Assembly (NCBI GenBank): GCA_963695855.1
Contig: CAVOHZ010000006.1
Coordinates: forward strand, 164,229-228,228
Origin: an uncultured Nitrososphaerales archaeon
GTDB taxonomy: Archaea > Thermoproteota > Nitrososphaeria > Nitrososphaerales > Nitrososphaeraceae
DNA length: 64,000 nucleotides
Direction: 5' to 3'
Under the pieces are notes generated by a model, which was not told the DNA's origin, did no database searches, and saw only the letters and a list, made by a program, of their open reading frames with translations. This document shows positions 23,654-37,510 of this stretch, piece by piece. Numbering within the stretch: position 1 is the first letter of the stretch; each line of letters begins with the position of its first letter. The translations under genes were made by a program, and so were the position numbers.

Positions 23654-23977
23654 TTGCATAAAAATGAAGATTTAGAAGAGAAGAAGCTGTTAGGCTCAGG
23701 TGGCTATGCTTTTGCATACCTAACAGAAGATGAAGAATTAAAATTCAGTCTAGGAGTACCACATTTATTCTTGGGAAATATAGGTAGACTAGACAAAGAA
23801 AGATTAACAAGGTATTATTGCAAGAAATGTGGAAAAGAATATCTTGGATTTCCTCTAATAACATATGAGAATCCAAATGAGGAAATTACACAAGATGTTA
23901 TTTTACTAGAAAAGGGAGAATACAAATGCACGATTTGTAATAATACAATAGCACAATATCGTAAATTCAACAAATAG
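23654..23977 (+). CDS. Zn-ribbon hypothetical protein
   Basis: YYCKKC and YKCTIC. Confidence 0.75.
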   Translation: MHKNEDLEEKKLLGSGGYAFAYLTEDEELKFSLGVPHLFLGNIGRLDKERLTRYYCKKCGKEYLGFPLITYENPNEEITQDVILLEKGEYKCTICNNTIAQYRKFNK

Positions 23978-24346
23978 ATATAATGAAACTTTATAGCTAG
24001 ATTTTTTGGATATGTAAAACTATAGCAACTAAAATGAATTCGCTAAACAGATACTATCCTAGAAATATAGCATAGATTTCAAATAAAATTCGTATTGTTC
24101 TTTAATATCGTGCTTAAATTATCTCATGCCATAATAAAGACGAAATTAAATTCAATAATTAGGTTATGATGATATTATTGATTTTCATAGTTGTACAACA
24201 ACGCAAAGATTACAATCAAATTTATTTTTTTATTAAATTTATAGGCACGTAGAATTTTAACGTTTTTACTTTTTCCAAAACAATTTTAAATAATAAAACA
24301 TATAGTTGGTTGGTTATATTCTAATTCTATGAGGTTTTTAAATATA

Positions 24347-24646
24347 TCAAGTTACTTGTTCTATTATCCATTCTTTGAATTTTATAATTCCAAATTCTTC
24401 TGATTCTTTAATAAATGAAGAGTCATTTAATCTCCATTTATCTTGAGGTATAGATTCAAAAAATTGTTGCATGCATAGAGTATACATAACACGTAGGTTT
24501 TTTGGATTTTCATTTATCCCGTATCTATTTAAAATATTAGAAATTTGACCAAAAGATTCATCATATTTTCTTTGTATTCCTGGTAATTCAAAAGTTGCAT
24601 GTAATATTGATACGACTTTATCCAAATCATCTTTTAATGTTATCAT
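24347..24646 (-). CDS. Hypothetical protein
   Basis: 99-aa ATG-initiated ORF with normal composition. Confidence 0.5.
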   Translation of the reverse strand: MITLKDDLDKVVSILHATFELPGIQRKYDESFGQISNILNRYGINENPKNLRVMYTLCMQQFFESIPQDKWRLNDSSFIKESEEFGIIKFKEWIIEQVT

Positions 24647-25090
24647 GACTATTCTTTTAATATATTATCCAGTGCAATATCAATTATTTCTTTAAGGAAA
24701 AAAACAAATTTATCGATTTGTGATGGTGTTCGTAACTTTCAAGATGCATACAAAAAGGAATACTGGACATTCAAGAATCCAAGAACAAAACACATTGAGA
24801 ATACGGTTCATTAACAACCTGGTCCAGGTTTGTTCCTTCCTGCCTATTCTAATACATTCCATGTCTTTCAAAGATTGAGGCTAAGCAAGTGCTAATAAAC
24901 AGAGTACATAATTCTCGCAGTGGATGTTCCGTTTCTTTCAAGAAATCTACTGATCATAGGTTAGAAATAGAACATTCATAGCTAAATCTATTTTGTTAAA
25001 TTAAAAGCCATCGTTATTGTACTTAATTAAAGCAAGAATAAATAGATAATAGTATCAATCTTAATATCACTAAATTACGTGTTAATGTTA

Positions 25091-26519
25091 ATGTCTACAA
25101 TTACAAACGAGGTTACAAAAGCAATCAGTAAATTTCAGGAAGAAACTAGAAAATTATATGAAAATGATATCCAATTACAAAAAAACGTATTCTATTCCTG
25201 TCAATCAGCATATGGTCAATTTCTTGAAAATATACCGAAGTTATACTGGAATAATTCAAGGATGCCGGAAAGATTTATTGAAGCATACAATACAATTAAC
25301 AAAAATGTTGTAGATAATATCACTAACCGGACAAATTTCACAAACGAAAAGATATTGGAAAATATAGAAAAATTTGGCAGAAATATTGAATATGCACAAA
25401 GATATTTCAATGATACAACTCAAAATTATTTCAATTATCAAAATTATTTCAACTATGTAAAAGAATTGGAAAGAGCTGCTTTGTTGCGTAACTCGCTATT
25501 CCTAACACATTTAGCTAGCCTATTCTAGTCATAATACATGTGAACTGGAAGAAGTACAATGAATCTCTTGTTAAACGTGGTGAGGTATTACTTGATTTTG
25601 ATGTTATAGATAACTGGGATTCTGAACTAGAGAAGATGAATGAATACAAAGAAGGTAGAAAATTTGTATATCCAGAGTCATTCATCAAACTACTTGGATA
25701 TGTGAGAGCATATTTTCATTTACCATACAGACAAACTGAGGGTATTGTACCGAGCTCATGCTGCAAATACGTTACCATCAATTCCAGATTATAGCGGGAT
25801 TTGCAGAAGAATAAACAGATTGGATATCAAAATAGATGATGATGATGATCAGGATAAATCCACTTTACAACATGATGATAATTTTGTAATTGTAATTGAT
25901 TCTACTGGTGTTAAAGTTACAAACAGAGGAGAATGGATTAGGCACAAATGGAAAGTAAAAAGAGGTTATCTCAAAATACATATAGCAGTTGACATAAAAA
26001 AGAAGAGAATTCTATCATTACATGTAACCAGTGAAGAAGTGCATGATGGAAAAGTATTACCTAAATTAGTGGGTGATATAACTATAAAACAGAACAAAGT
26101 AGTTGAAACTGCCATTATGGATGGTGCCTATGACAGTAACAAGAATTTTCAATTTTTATCATTTAAAGGAATTCAACCAGCAATTAAGGTAAGAAAGAAT
26201 GCCAAGTATAGAAAGACAAACCATTATTTGAGAAACAAGAACGTACAATCACAGAAAACCAATCTACAACAATGGAAGGATAGTGTAGACTATGGACAAA
26301 GATGGATTGTAGAAACTGTCTTTTCCTGTATTAAGAGAATGTTTGGCGAATATGTTACTGCTATAAGATTTGAGAACATGATAAAGGAGATAATACTGAA
26401 AGCGTCTTTGTATAACTGGTTTCAAAGTATAAGGGTTACATAATTTACCTTAGTAACAAAAAATAGATGATTATCTAGACGAGTTACGCAACAGAGCAGA
26501 AAGAGCCTACAACAAATAA
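25091..26519 (+). CDS. Helical hypothetical protein with an IS5 inserted a few codons before its stop
   Basis: Removing the IS and one TSD restores ...KELERAYNK*; currently read through into the IS to 25528. Confidence 0.7.
25477..26498 (+). mobile_element. IS5-family (IS903/ISH1-like) element
   Basis: TIRs TGCTTTGTTGCGTAACTCG / CGAGTTACGCAACAGAGCA, 8-bp TSD GAAAGAGC; transposase (IDSTG, DGAYD, YGQRWIVET) frameshifted near 25750. Confidence 0.95.
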
Positions 26520-28606
26520 GATATTATTTTTTGAAAATAGGATTAGAATTTTTAATTTACAAATATTCTATTTCAAATCCATCTACAATTTTTTTAACTT
26601 GGTTATATTTCGATCTAATGAAAGACCAAATTTTATCATTTTGCCATGGGAGTAAATCGTCACATGTTGATCGTTAGACCAGGATTGACGTCACTCATAT
26701 TTAAGATCAGTTAGACCAGCAATATTTAAACTGAGAATTGATATGTCATATATTTTTGATATTTCAATTTAGTCATTCATCTATTATTAATGTTACCATT
26801 ATTCTATAGTTTTAAATTTGAGAAATATAATCATCTGGAATGTATCCTGTGTGTCCTTTTACGGGTAAATTTGCTTTAATGACTTACTAAGATTAATGGC
26901 CTCTTCATCACACCCTTTAATAAAATTAATAGTTATACTTTATTTAAAAACAAATTATTTAATATATGATTATCTTAATATTTCTAGAAATTTATTTTAA
27001 TCGTAACTTAGTCGTTGTTTTAAATTAGTTTAAACAATTGATCTATATATTCAAGAGATTAACAAATATTTCTCCTTGTTTTTTATTAATTTTTTAATCA
27101 TATTTACATCCCTATTCCTAATTTTAGGATTTTTTTTATTATTCTTTAATTTATCTTCTTCACTTCATACATTTCTATTCTTTATATTGGGTTTAATGTT
27201 AAACAATGTATTGTTACCACCTAATACAGATGACTACGATTAGCTACAAAATATAAATGCAGAAAAAAATATTGAAAATCAGAATCACATAAATCAAATT
27301 ATTTCAATAAATCGAAATTCCATTGATAATGTTATTTTTATAGGTAATTGAGCTCATTTAAATAATAGTCTCATTCTCCAACATTTAAAAGGAGAAGAGC
27401 AAAAAAATGCATTACGTACTCTTCTTAAGCAAGGTTTTCATGAATATTATTTCTCCATGAATAATTTAAGACCATGATTATGCAAAATTAGCAGAAAAAT
27501 TACTAGAGTCTGCTGAGAAAACTAATATAAAAATAATAATTATTCTCCGTCCCCTTCAGAGGGTGATTCGAATACAAATTATGACTGGAAAGGACAAATT
27601 AAATATTTTAATTCTGTTGATAATTGGTAAAGAATTATCCAAAATAATTTGAAGCATTTACTATGGATGATTTTAATTGGATAAGTACACGAGATGATAC
27701 TAAATTTGTAAATAATAATGATTTTATGGAACATTCTAAGTTCGTTAAAGCACTTAAAGATAAAGACAAAGATATTAAATTTTATCCAACAATATATTTT
27801 GAAGGAAGAGAAACAGACATAGTAGTCACAAAATACTATCATTTTACAGAAGGATTAATTGTAGCCAGTGGATGTTATTACAATGTTTCAACTTTAAAAA
27901 AAGAATTTACTATGTTTAAATAAATTTTTGAAAAACCTATTATATATTGTCTATCATACTACAGCATATAATTATTCCCGACAAGGATATAATTAGTCGA
28001 CAGACCGTCTTATACAAGCTACTTTATCCATAGCATCCAATTCTACTAATGGCTTAATCGTTTGGCATGATATAAACAATCCTACCATACAAGGGCATTT
28101 AGTGAATCGGGTTGATAAACAATATCTATCAGAAATATCCAAGGTGAGTGAATCTCAGATTAGAGAGGAACCAACAAATGATGAATATAGCTAATTCTAA
28201 AAAAAGTTATTGAATACACCAAGTACTGAACAGGATGATAATTGTTATGAATGGTCTATCAAACATAATAAGGCATACAATAAATGGAAAGATTTATCTC
28301 AACATGAAAAAGAAAAGAACGAATGGAAAAAAGATATTACAAGTATTAAGGAAGGATAAATAAACAGTATTAAATGAAAGCAATAATCGATTAAGCTACA
28401 ATTTACTCGATCGTAAAGTTCACTGTTGTTTATTAAAATTACAAATAATGAAGTCGAATCTCTTCTAAAATTACTGTTGTTACTAGTTATGCAACCTTAT
28501 TATCATATTTGGCAGAATCCTCTAGAAATTTCAATACAATCCTTTTGATGAATGAAGTTCGAGAAAGTGCAGAAGTTAAGTATTGTAAGTATTATTCCAT
28601 TTAGAA

Positions 28607-29026
28607 TTAGTGATGAGCCGGTTTCCATTCCCACACTTTATAGATAATATGACCATCCTTGTCTACTGAGGCTTCATGAACTCCTACTAGATTATTTAAG
28701 AATGATAATTTTCCTGTATTTGAAGAATGATAGAAATTAGAGCCGGTAACTATTTTCGATGAATCCATAATAAGTTTACTAATACTTTGTGCTTTGACAG
28801 TTGCCATTTCGTCATCACTTCCTTTAACAGTTACAATATCCTTGCCTTCTACATAGAAGAGACCAGGTGAGATTGGAGTACTCGTAAACGTTCCTATTTC
28901 CTCAACTTCAATTTCTCTCATTTTTCCTTCTAAAATATATGAGCTTTCTGTTTTAGGTCCATCCAAATCTAATACTTTTTTAGATGTAATTCTTCCCTTT
29001 GCTTCATAAAATAAATCTCCTAGCAT
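28607..29026 (-). CDS. Hypothetical beta-rich protein
   Basis: Intact 139-aa ORF, GKLSFLNNLVGVHE...KVWEWK. Confidence 0.7.
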   Translation of the reverse strand: MLGDLFYEAKGRITSKKVLDLDGPKTESSYILEGKMREIEVEEIGTFTSTPISPGLFYVEGKDIVTVKGSDDEMATVKAQSISKLIMDSSKIVTGSNFYHSSNTGKLSFLNNLVGVHEASVDKDGHIIYKVWEWKPAHH

Positions 29027-29786
29027 GTTAATGATGCTTTATAAACCAAAATAATATAAAAAGTAAATTAAAATAAATGAAAATACAGAGGAAGGAGAAC
29101 GGTTAATTACTTTTTATTCAAATACAGAAACCAAAAGACTTCGATATTACCTAAATTCTTTAATTCTGTAGAAATGGATTTAACTTTCTATTAAGAATTT
29201 TATTGAATGACGTAAAGGCATATTTCTTAGTATTCCTAAAGAAACTCTCCAAAATTTTGATTTTTAATCAAGGTACGTGAAGAAATCACCCATAGAAAAA
29301 ACTTCAATTAATAAGCGAATGAATGTATATCGGATTTAAATATCGTCACAAATCACTAAACCCAATAAATGCTAAGTGCCGTAAATCATTTAATTCAAGA
29401 TGAACTTTATCAGTGTATGAATCAAGAACACGTAGAGAATTCTTGAAAGGCTTCGTTTTATTTATATTTATGATTTTATTCTCAAATATGTAAATGCTAG
29501 TGTAATAAAATAAAATTATTTGGGTCAGTCTGTAGTTATTGTTATTATTTTATCAAATTCTTCATCTGACATATCATGAATATGACCAATTACCGATCTT
29601 ATAACTGCATCATCTAACGCTCTGAGATTGAACGGATTAAATAATTGTGATGCATCTTCTCCAGTACCAGAATAGAATTTACGAAAAACTGTTTTTATTA
29701 ATTTTTGACCTTTTCTCATGATTCTTAATCAGTCAGTGCATAATATTATTGTTTTATATAATAAATATATCCTTAGCATTTTTTAA

Positions 29787-30540
<754 letters not shown>

Positions 30541-30734
30541 TGTAAAATAATCGGGAAATATTATTTTCTAATCTATACAGATTGTGTATGAATTTCTTAA
30601 TCCTTTGTGGCTCTCGATTTTGATTTCGGTGTTGTGATATTAGTTAGATAAATACATTAATTGCCTTACTATTGGATCTTGGTAAAATAAAATAAAATAT
30701 TTATTAATTTGTACTACTATAATTATAATAAAAT

Positions 30735-31031
30735 ATGACTGATAATATAACTCAACGTGGCGCAACTTTTTTGGTATTTTACAAGTTTCAATCAATGACA
30801 CGTGACGAAAAAGAGAAATCTAAGAATGAATGGAATCAACTAAAAAATACTCTTCCTCAAGGAATAGAGCTAATAGGAGAATATAGTCATGCTTGGGGAA
30901 CCGAATATAATGGATTCCTATTATTTCAAGCAGAAACAAGTGATTCATTTTTTGATTGGTGGTCCAACTTCAAAGATTCAATTCGGTGGTATGTTGATAA
31001 AACGCATACTATAACAGCAAGAAGAAAATAG
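30735..31031 (+). CDS. Small protein, possibly a GYD/dimeric alpha-beta barrel domain
   Basis: GIELIGEYSHAWGTEYNGFLLF pattern. Confidence 0.65.
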   Translation: MTDNITQRGATFLVFYKFQSMTRDEKEKSKNEWNQLKNTLPQGIELIGEYSHAWGTEYNGFLLFQAETSDSFFDWWSNFKDSIRWYVDKTHTITARRK

Positions 31032-31317
31032 AGTTTTCCTTAATTCTTTTTTATAGTCTAAATTTATTATTGGAATAGTTGGTGAAAAAATTTAAAAAAC
31101 ACATACGCTTTAAGGGAAAAAGAAATTATCTTTCAGGTAAACATGATAGCATTGATGCACGATCATCTATAGTAGGTTAGTTACCAACCGATTCCCAACA
31201 TCTGATTTAAACAACTTTAAAATCAACAGAATCTAAAAAAAGTTTATTATATTTTGGTGAACAACAAATAGAAATTGAACATAAAAAACAGCGATCTTTT
31301 TTATCTAAATAATTTTT

Positions 31318-31676
31318 TGGACGGCAGGATTGACACGCTCGGTTAGACGGACGATTGATTCTGTCACGTTCTCATTTTATGGTCTAAAGCATTCAATTTT
31401 TTTTGAAACAATTCAATTTAGAATGTGTTAGTTTATCGGCTCTTTATCCTTATTATTACTATTAATAAGTTAATAAAATAATAAATACGAAATCTAATTA
31501 TAATAAGATGAAAATCAAACTTTGTATTTTTATCCATTATGGTTATAACGATAACATTTGGAATTAGCATTTCATCCTTTTTAAATAATACTAATCCATT
31601 AGTATACGCAGTGGATACCTAAATTATTCTACTGTAGAAAGTAATACTCGAATATTTTTAGAGTCTACAAAAGAAT
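31318..31676 (+). repeat. About 360-bp direct repeat, copy B, with a dead esterase 5' end
   Basis: Matches 21225-21591; ATG at 31539 followed by a stop and truncation. Confidence 0.9.
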
Positions 31677-32298
31677 GCCGTTAAAGAGAACTATTTGTTT
31701 ATTCACCTTCCAGGAATGTATACTAGTTTTTATATTTTTCTAGTAAAATTATTATTGACTGTATAGTTTATTTTTATTGATAATATGAATTGTTTTCTCT
31801 GTATTGATGTAAAATAAAAGTATTTTTGGTTCATTTTTAATTTTTAATATTCAGTTTTTTACCTTCAGATTTTGAATTTGTAATCAAAACTTCTATGTTT
31901 TCTTCGTATTCATATATTCTAGGAAGGTAATTTGTTGTTGCAATTTCTCGATCATCCATTTTATTCTAACCTAATGAAATTTGTAATTAAATCAGTTAGA
32001 CAAAATTTGTTAACTCTTTAATTTGAACCTTATTTTCTATTTTTTCATTATTGACAATAAGAAAATTTGATAAACTTGTGATGATAAGTAGGTTCGAATT
32101 TCAATCCATGATTCATTACTGAAAAAAACCATTCGAGAGTTAAAGACGGCATTGGAACGATTTATATTTTGATCAAGTTGAGGTCATAAATTCAATTATA
32201 AGGGATTTGATAAAGTTCTCTTGATATTATCTTTTTATATTCAAATAATTAAACTTTTAAATGATCGAAAATATTTTATTGTTTATGTATTTTCTAGA

Positions 32299-33351
32299 TG
32301 TTGTACTTGCTAACATAGGTTACAATTTCATTTACTGACATGGGTAACACTTTCTAGTTCTGCTAGGAAGTGTATAAAAAATAGAAATACAAACAAGATA
32401 TATTTTAATTCATGAAAAAGAATGGACTGGAGATACGGTAACTGATATTTGTACTAGATATCAAATATCCAGAAAGATATACTACAAGTGGAGGAACAGG
32501 TACCTAAAGTATGGAATAAATGGTCTACATGATAGAAGTAGAAAACCACACAATATACAACCTGCAAAAATAACAAAAGAGATAGAAGAAGAAATATTGG
32601 ATTTACGTATAACAAAAAGATTTGGATGTAACCGGATCAGATTCAGGTTAAAAAGACTAGAGGAGATGTCACTAAGTACAAGAATCATATACAAGATATT
32701 GAAAAGACATGGTCTGAATATCCTGGAATGCAAGATAAGGAATAAAAGAAAATGGAATAGGTTTGCAATGAAAAAACCCAATCAAATGGTACAGATGGAT
32801 ATTTTAGGTCCTTTTTATCTAGAAAATTGTGCTCAAAAGAACTATTTTATCAGTTGTGAAGACGATTGTTCAAGAAAGGTATCAAGTGACTGGTCTGAAA
32901 GAAAAAGAAGCATAGATGTATTGCATGTACTAGAAGACTATATTGTAGAGAATGGGAAACCAGAAAAGGTAATGCATGATAATGGTAAACAGTTTACATC
33001 CAGAATATTCAGACGTTTTCTACAACGTAATAACATTAAAGATAAATCCATACCTGCCAGATATCCGCAACTACAGGGAAAGATAGAAGCATATAACAAG
33101 ATAGTAAAAAACGAATTTTTAGCAGCAGAAAATATTCCTAATGTAGAAGATGGAAAGAGAATGTATGCCATGTTTGTAAAAGCATACAATGAAGAAAGAG
33201 AACATGGTGGCATCAATGGTCACACACCATCTGAAATGTTTCTTAGGAAAGGAAGATTAAATAATCATAATGGTAACAAGAAAATCAAGCAGCTAAAAAG
33301 TGTTACCCATGTTGGTAAGTGAATCTGTTACCGATCTATGTAAGTTCAACA
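32299..33351 (+). mobile_element. IS481-family element, copy 2 (diverged isoform)
   Basis: TGTTGTACTTGC...GTAAGTTCAACA ends, TSD TCTAGA, frame open 32381-33322. Confidence 0.93.
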
Positions 33352-33603
33352 TCTAGATACTAATAATCAGAGAGATTATTTCCAGATTTTATTTACTCTT
33401 GTATCGTTTCTCCTCTCTTTTATTTTACTTGTTATTTGCATTTTTTTACGATCTTGGTTCTTTCATTATTTTTATTCTTCAGTTCTATATCACAAATTTG
33501 TATAATTTTTAAAGGTTATTTTTCGTGATAAATTAGAAATTCCATATGTCAAAAATTAATTTTCAGATATGGAGAAAGATTCTGTCAGTATTTAAACAGA
33601 TAT

Positions 33604-34056
33604 CTATAGTATCCGAAAATCTTCTTTTACGGTTATAAATACAATATGTGTGTTAGTCCTTTCTACATAAGGCAATGATAAATCTTTTTTTACAAAAATA
33701 CTGAGTTCCTTTCTATTTTTAAACTTTGCTACAATTACCATGTCAGTTATACCAGTAATATCATAGATTGCACATACGTTTTGGTATTTTGATAGGATCT
33801 TTTCTACTTCGGCGACCCTATTTTTAACAGCAGTAACTTCAATTATTGCTGTTAAGTCATACCCTAATTTCTCATGATCGAGTATTGCCGAATATGACTT
33901 GATAATGCTATTTTTTTCAAGCTTTTCTACCCTCGAAAGTATAGTAGGAGGAGAAACTCCAATTTGATCAGCAATCGCACGATATGATAATCTGGCATCA
34001 GAAATCAATTTTTTAAGTATCTTTATGTCTAAATCATCCAAAGAAATAGTAGCCAT
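33604..34056 (-). CDS. Lrp/AsnC transcriptional regulator
   Basis: LDDLDIKILKKLISDARLSYRAIA HTH; YDITGITD RAM domain. Confidence 0.95.
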   Translation of the reverse strand: MATISLDDLDIKILKKLISDARLSYRAIADQIGVSPPTILSRVEKLEKNSIIKSYSAILDHEKLGYDLTAIIEVTAVKNRVAEVEKILSKYQNVCAIYDITGITDMVIVAKFKNRKELSIFVKKDLSLPYVERTNTHIVFITVKEDFRIL

Positions 34057-34438
34057 TATTATTCTCCTTGCTGATTGCTTTTATACTTTACATATAGAAA
34101 GTATTTGATATTTATGGTTATCAATTGTTATCCTAACACGCGAATTTCATATTGCATTTAAAATTTTATCAGAGTGAAGATTATTTACATAAAAACTCAT
34201 TATAAAAAAAGAGTTTTCGTTCTATATTTATAACATGCTAATTGCAAAAATTACCAAACCTTTCTGATTATATTACATATATATACTTTTTTTATATATG
34301 TTCTTGAATAATATATCTAAATACAAATTAAACTTTTTTTATGGCAATATCATATAGTTGGATTAATGTACGTTAACTGATCAGGTAATTTATTTATCAT
34401 ATGTTAACCAAAAATATAAATATGCTTTATATTTTAGT

Positions 34439-35962
34439 ATGTCAATGCAATTAGCTCAAACAGATTTAGATCTAAGCAAGAAATGCATGGAGATAGTGAA
34501 TGAAATAGAACAATCGAATATAAAATGGGTTCGATTGAATTTTTGCGATCCTTTTGGTTTTTTACAACAAATAAGTGTCCAAAGTGAAGAGATAACAGAA
34601 GATGCGTTTAAAAACGGTATTCCTAGGCTAGATGGAAGTTCGATAAGAGGGTTCAGAGAGATTCAGGAATCTGATATGCTGCTAAAGCCAGATCCAACTA
34701 CTTTTGCTGTTTTACCAAATTATTTTGATAAAGATCATCACAATTATAATAACACTTACAGATCAACAGCTGCCCGTATGTTTGTGGATATATATGAGGG
34801 CTTTAAGGGTACCCGTTACACTCGAGATCCTAGATTTATTGCACAGAAAGCTGCTCAAGTTGCAAAGGATAAAGGTTTTGAAAACAGCTATTGGGGTCCA
34901 GAATTGGAATTTTTTGTATTCAACAATATAAGACTGTTGCCAAATGCCATGTCAGCAGTTAATTGCTCAGGAGGTACTGGATATTCTATTGAATCTACTG
35001 AGGCTCCGTGGGGGAATGGTAATGAAGGTGCAGCAGGATACACAATTCCTTTCAGAAGTGGGTATTTTCCAGCGCCACCTGCAGATAGTTTGACGGACTT
35101 TAGGGATGAAGTATCCGACATGCTACGCCAATATTTTGGAATCACGGTTGAAGCCCATCATCATGAGGTAGCTACGGCGGGACAATGTGAAATACAAATG
35201 TCGTTTGCTAGTCTTGTTTCTATGGCTGATCAGGTAGTCACATACAAGAAAACAGTAAAGGAAACTGCTGCAAAACGTGGAATGGTAGCAAATTTTATGC
35301 CAAAACCGGTTGCACTAGATAACGGATCTGGAATGCATGTTAGCCAGAGTCTGTGGGGAAAGAAAAAAAATGATGAAGTAAATTTGTTTTATGATCCTGC
35401 TGATGAATATGCAGAGTTGAGTCAAACTGCATTTTACTATATAGGAGGGCTGATAGAACATGCTGAGGCACTATGTGCCATTACTAATCCGACAACGAAT
35501 TCTTATAGAAGGTTAGTGCCAGGATTCGAGGCTCCAATAAATGTTGCATGGAGCAAGATGAACAGGTCAGCAAGTATAAGGATTCCTGCTCACTTTAGAA
35601 AAATGGAAAAAAGAAAGAGGATAGAGTTAAGAACACCAGATCCTAGTTCCAATATCTATCTTGTTGAGGCTGCATTGTTACTTGCAGGTCTGGATGGAAT
35701 CAACAAAAAATCTTCAGTTCCAGAACCAGTAGATGCAGATATCTACAAGCTATCCGAAGAGAAAAAAACAGAATATGGAATTAAAAAATTGCCAACATCT
35801 TTGCAGGATGCCATAGAATCGTTAGAGAGTGATATGGAATTTCTAAAGCCGGCATTTACAAGTGATTTTCTAGAAATGTATTGTGATATTAAAAAAGATG
35901 AACATGTACAAGTTGCATCGATTCCATCGCCAAGAGAATTCTATATGTATGGTAACGTCTGA
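34439..35962 (+). CDS. glnA: Glutamine synthetase type I
   Basis: DGSSIRGF, GPELEFF, HHHEVATAGQCEI, FMPKP..DNGSGMH, NSYRRLVPGFEAP, NRSASIRIP, RIELRTPD. Confidence 0.97.
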   Translation: MSMQLAQTDLDLSKKCMEIVNEIEQSNIKWVRLNFCDPFGFLQQISVQSEEITEDAFKNGIPRLDGSSIRGFREIQESDMLLKPDPTTFAVLPNYFDKDHHNYNNTYRSTAARMFVDIYEGFKGTRYTRDPRFIAQKAAQVAKDKGFENSYWGPELEFFVFNNIRLLPNAMSAVNCSGGTGYSIESTEAPWGNGNEGAAGYTIPFRSGYFPAPPADSLTDFRDEVSDMLRQYFGITVEAHHHEVATAGQCEIQMSFASLVSMADQVVTYKKTVKETAAKRGMVANFMPKPVALDNGSGMHVSQSLWGKKKNDEVNLFYDPADEYAELSQTAFYYIGGLIEHAEALCAITNPTTNSYRRLVPGFEAPINVAWSKMNRSASIRIPAHFRKMEKRKRIELRTPDPSSNIYLVEAALLLAGLDGINKKSSVPEPVDADIYKLSEEKKTEYGIKKLPTSLQDAIESLESDMEFLKPAFTSDFLEMYCDIKKDEHVQVASIPSPREFYMYGNV

Positions 35963-36346
35963 TGGTCAGTTGCTATTATATTTCATTTAGTGTTGGATAA
36001 TTGATAGCAAATTCTCACATTTACTCGGAAAAGCCTTTGGACGTAATATCGACTGCAGAAAATGTTTACCGTCATATTTTTGGAAACGATAGGAACAAAG
36101 GGAGAAATTAGGGGAATCCCTGCTGCCTTGGGATATAGTGATTTTCATTTCATAATCTATCTCCATCCGATTTGCGTACATCCAGTATAGATGCAAGTTT
36201 GCAAGGAAATATACTGCTTGAGGGAATCGACAGAACTTATATGGAGATTATAGAGGAAATAGTTAATGAGTATGTTAGTGAGAACGGAATACACATGAAT
36301 TCGTCAGAAACTCAAGAGGTTATAAAGTCGATGGTAGGAGAATAAA
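35962..36346 (+). pseudogene. Probable relic of the FMN-binding glutamate synthase subunit (GltB2-like C-terminus)
   Basis: Broken frames read ENVYRHIF, EIRGIPAALGYSDFH, LSPSDLRTSSIDASLQGNILLEG; start abuts the glnA stop and the stop abuts the next ATG. Confidence 0.55.
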
Positions 36347-36348
36347 AT

Positions 36349-37257
36349 ATGTGTGGAATATGTGCCATTATGTTGGAAAATTGCAAAAAGGATTTTCCTA
36401 TTGGTTCTCTACTATATAAAATGATGGAGAGCCAGCAGATAAGAGCTCAGGATAGTACAGGTGTGGCCATCTTCAATAAAGAAACAAACAAAGAGTTTTA
36501 CAGAATAGATTACTATAGAAAAATTACAGGGACAAAATTACCTGTGAGACATAATGACAGTATATGCAATATCTTTACACAAAAAGTACCTAGCGAGAGA
36601 TTAGCTGAAACTTTGTATGAAATAAATCAAGATCCCAAAGCCGTAATAGCAAGTTTTGCAAAAGAAATGATCCTTATAAAAGATTTAGGACTTGTAAGGG
36701 ACCTTGATGCAAAATATAACATCAAGTCAATTCAGGGAACACATGGGATAGGTCACTTGAGGATAGCCACAAGCAGTAGAGTCACTCCAGACCATTCACA
36801 TCCATTCAGTACTACAGCGATTCCAGATATTGCTGTGGTACATAATGGCGAAATAACAAACTATTCCAAGTTAAGGTCTTCACTTGAGCTTAAAGGATAT
36901 CGTTTCTTTACTAGATGTGACTCAGAGGTCATTGCTGTATTCATTGCAGATCAAATTTTGAGACATGGCGATATAGAAAAGGCAAATTATGAATTTATAA
37001 ATAAAGCAGATGGCCCTTTTACATATATAGTTGCTACACCCGACTCTCTCGCCTTGGTTAGAGACAAATTTGGAGCAAGAAAAGCTATTTTCGGATATAA
37101 TCCAGGCAGTAAAGACTATCCATCTTTCTGGGCGATAGCTACTGATTTATCTGCTTTGGATTCTGTGGGAGCAACATATTACGTAGAAACTCCGCAACCT
37201 GGAAAACCAAAAATATTTTACAACCAGATGAAAATCAGACAATCTATTGCTAATTAA
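36349..37257 (+). CDS. Class II (Ntn) glutamine amidotransferase, GltB1/MgsA-like
   Basis: N-terminal MCGI, GIGHLRIATSS, HSHPF, VHNGEITNY, CDSEV, RDKFGAR. Confidence 0.92.
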   Translation: MCGICAIMLENCKKDFPIGSLLYKMMESQQIRAQDSTGVAIFNKETNKEFYRIDYYRKITGTKLPVRHNDSICNIFTQKVPSERLAETLYEINQDPKAVIASFAKEMILIKDLGLVRDLDAKYNIKSIQGTHGIGHLRIATSSRVTPDHSHPFSTTAIPDIAVVHNGEITNYSKLRSSLELKGYRFFTRCDSEVIAVFIADQILRHGDIEKANYEFINKADGPFTYIVATPDSLALVRDKFGARKAIFGYNPGSKDYPSFWAIATDLSALDSVGATYYVETPQPGKPKIFYNQMKIRQSIAN

Positions 37258-37510
37258 ATAATCAATCAATCAATAAAATAATTTATTTTTGAAATTTTTA
37301 ATTAAATTATTAATAAACTACTACTTGTCTTGTGCTCTTTTAAAATCTGTCTGTTTTGGTTTTGATTTATTTATTATGGTGAATAAAAAATATATATCAT
37401 ATCAATTTTCTACACATTTTAAAAATGTGTGCATATACGACTTTATCAATTTGTGTTAATAGAATAAAAGATATATCAGTAACCTTGCTAAATATTCGAG
37501 ATAAAATAAA

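Noticed and set aside
24715-24820. ICDG...DAYKKEYWTFKNPRTKHI transposase-like scrap
   Set aside because: Too short and degraded to delimit as an element
27200-28360. Broken reading frames of a possible larger gene
   Set aside because: No recognisable motif; cannot assign a product
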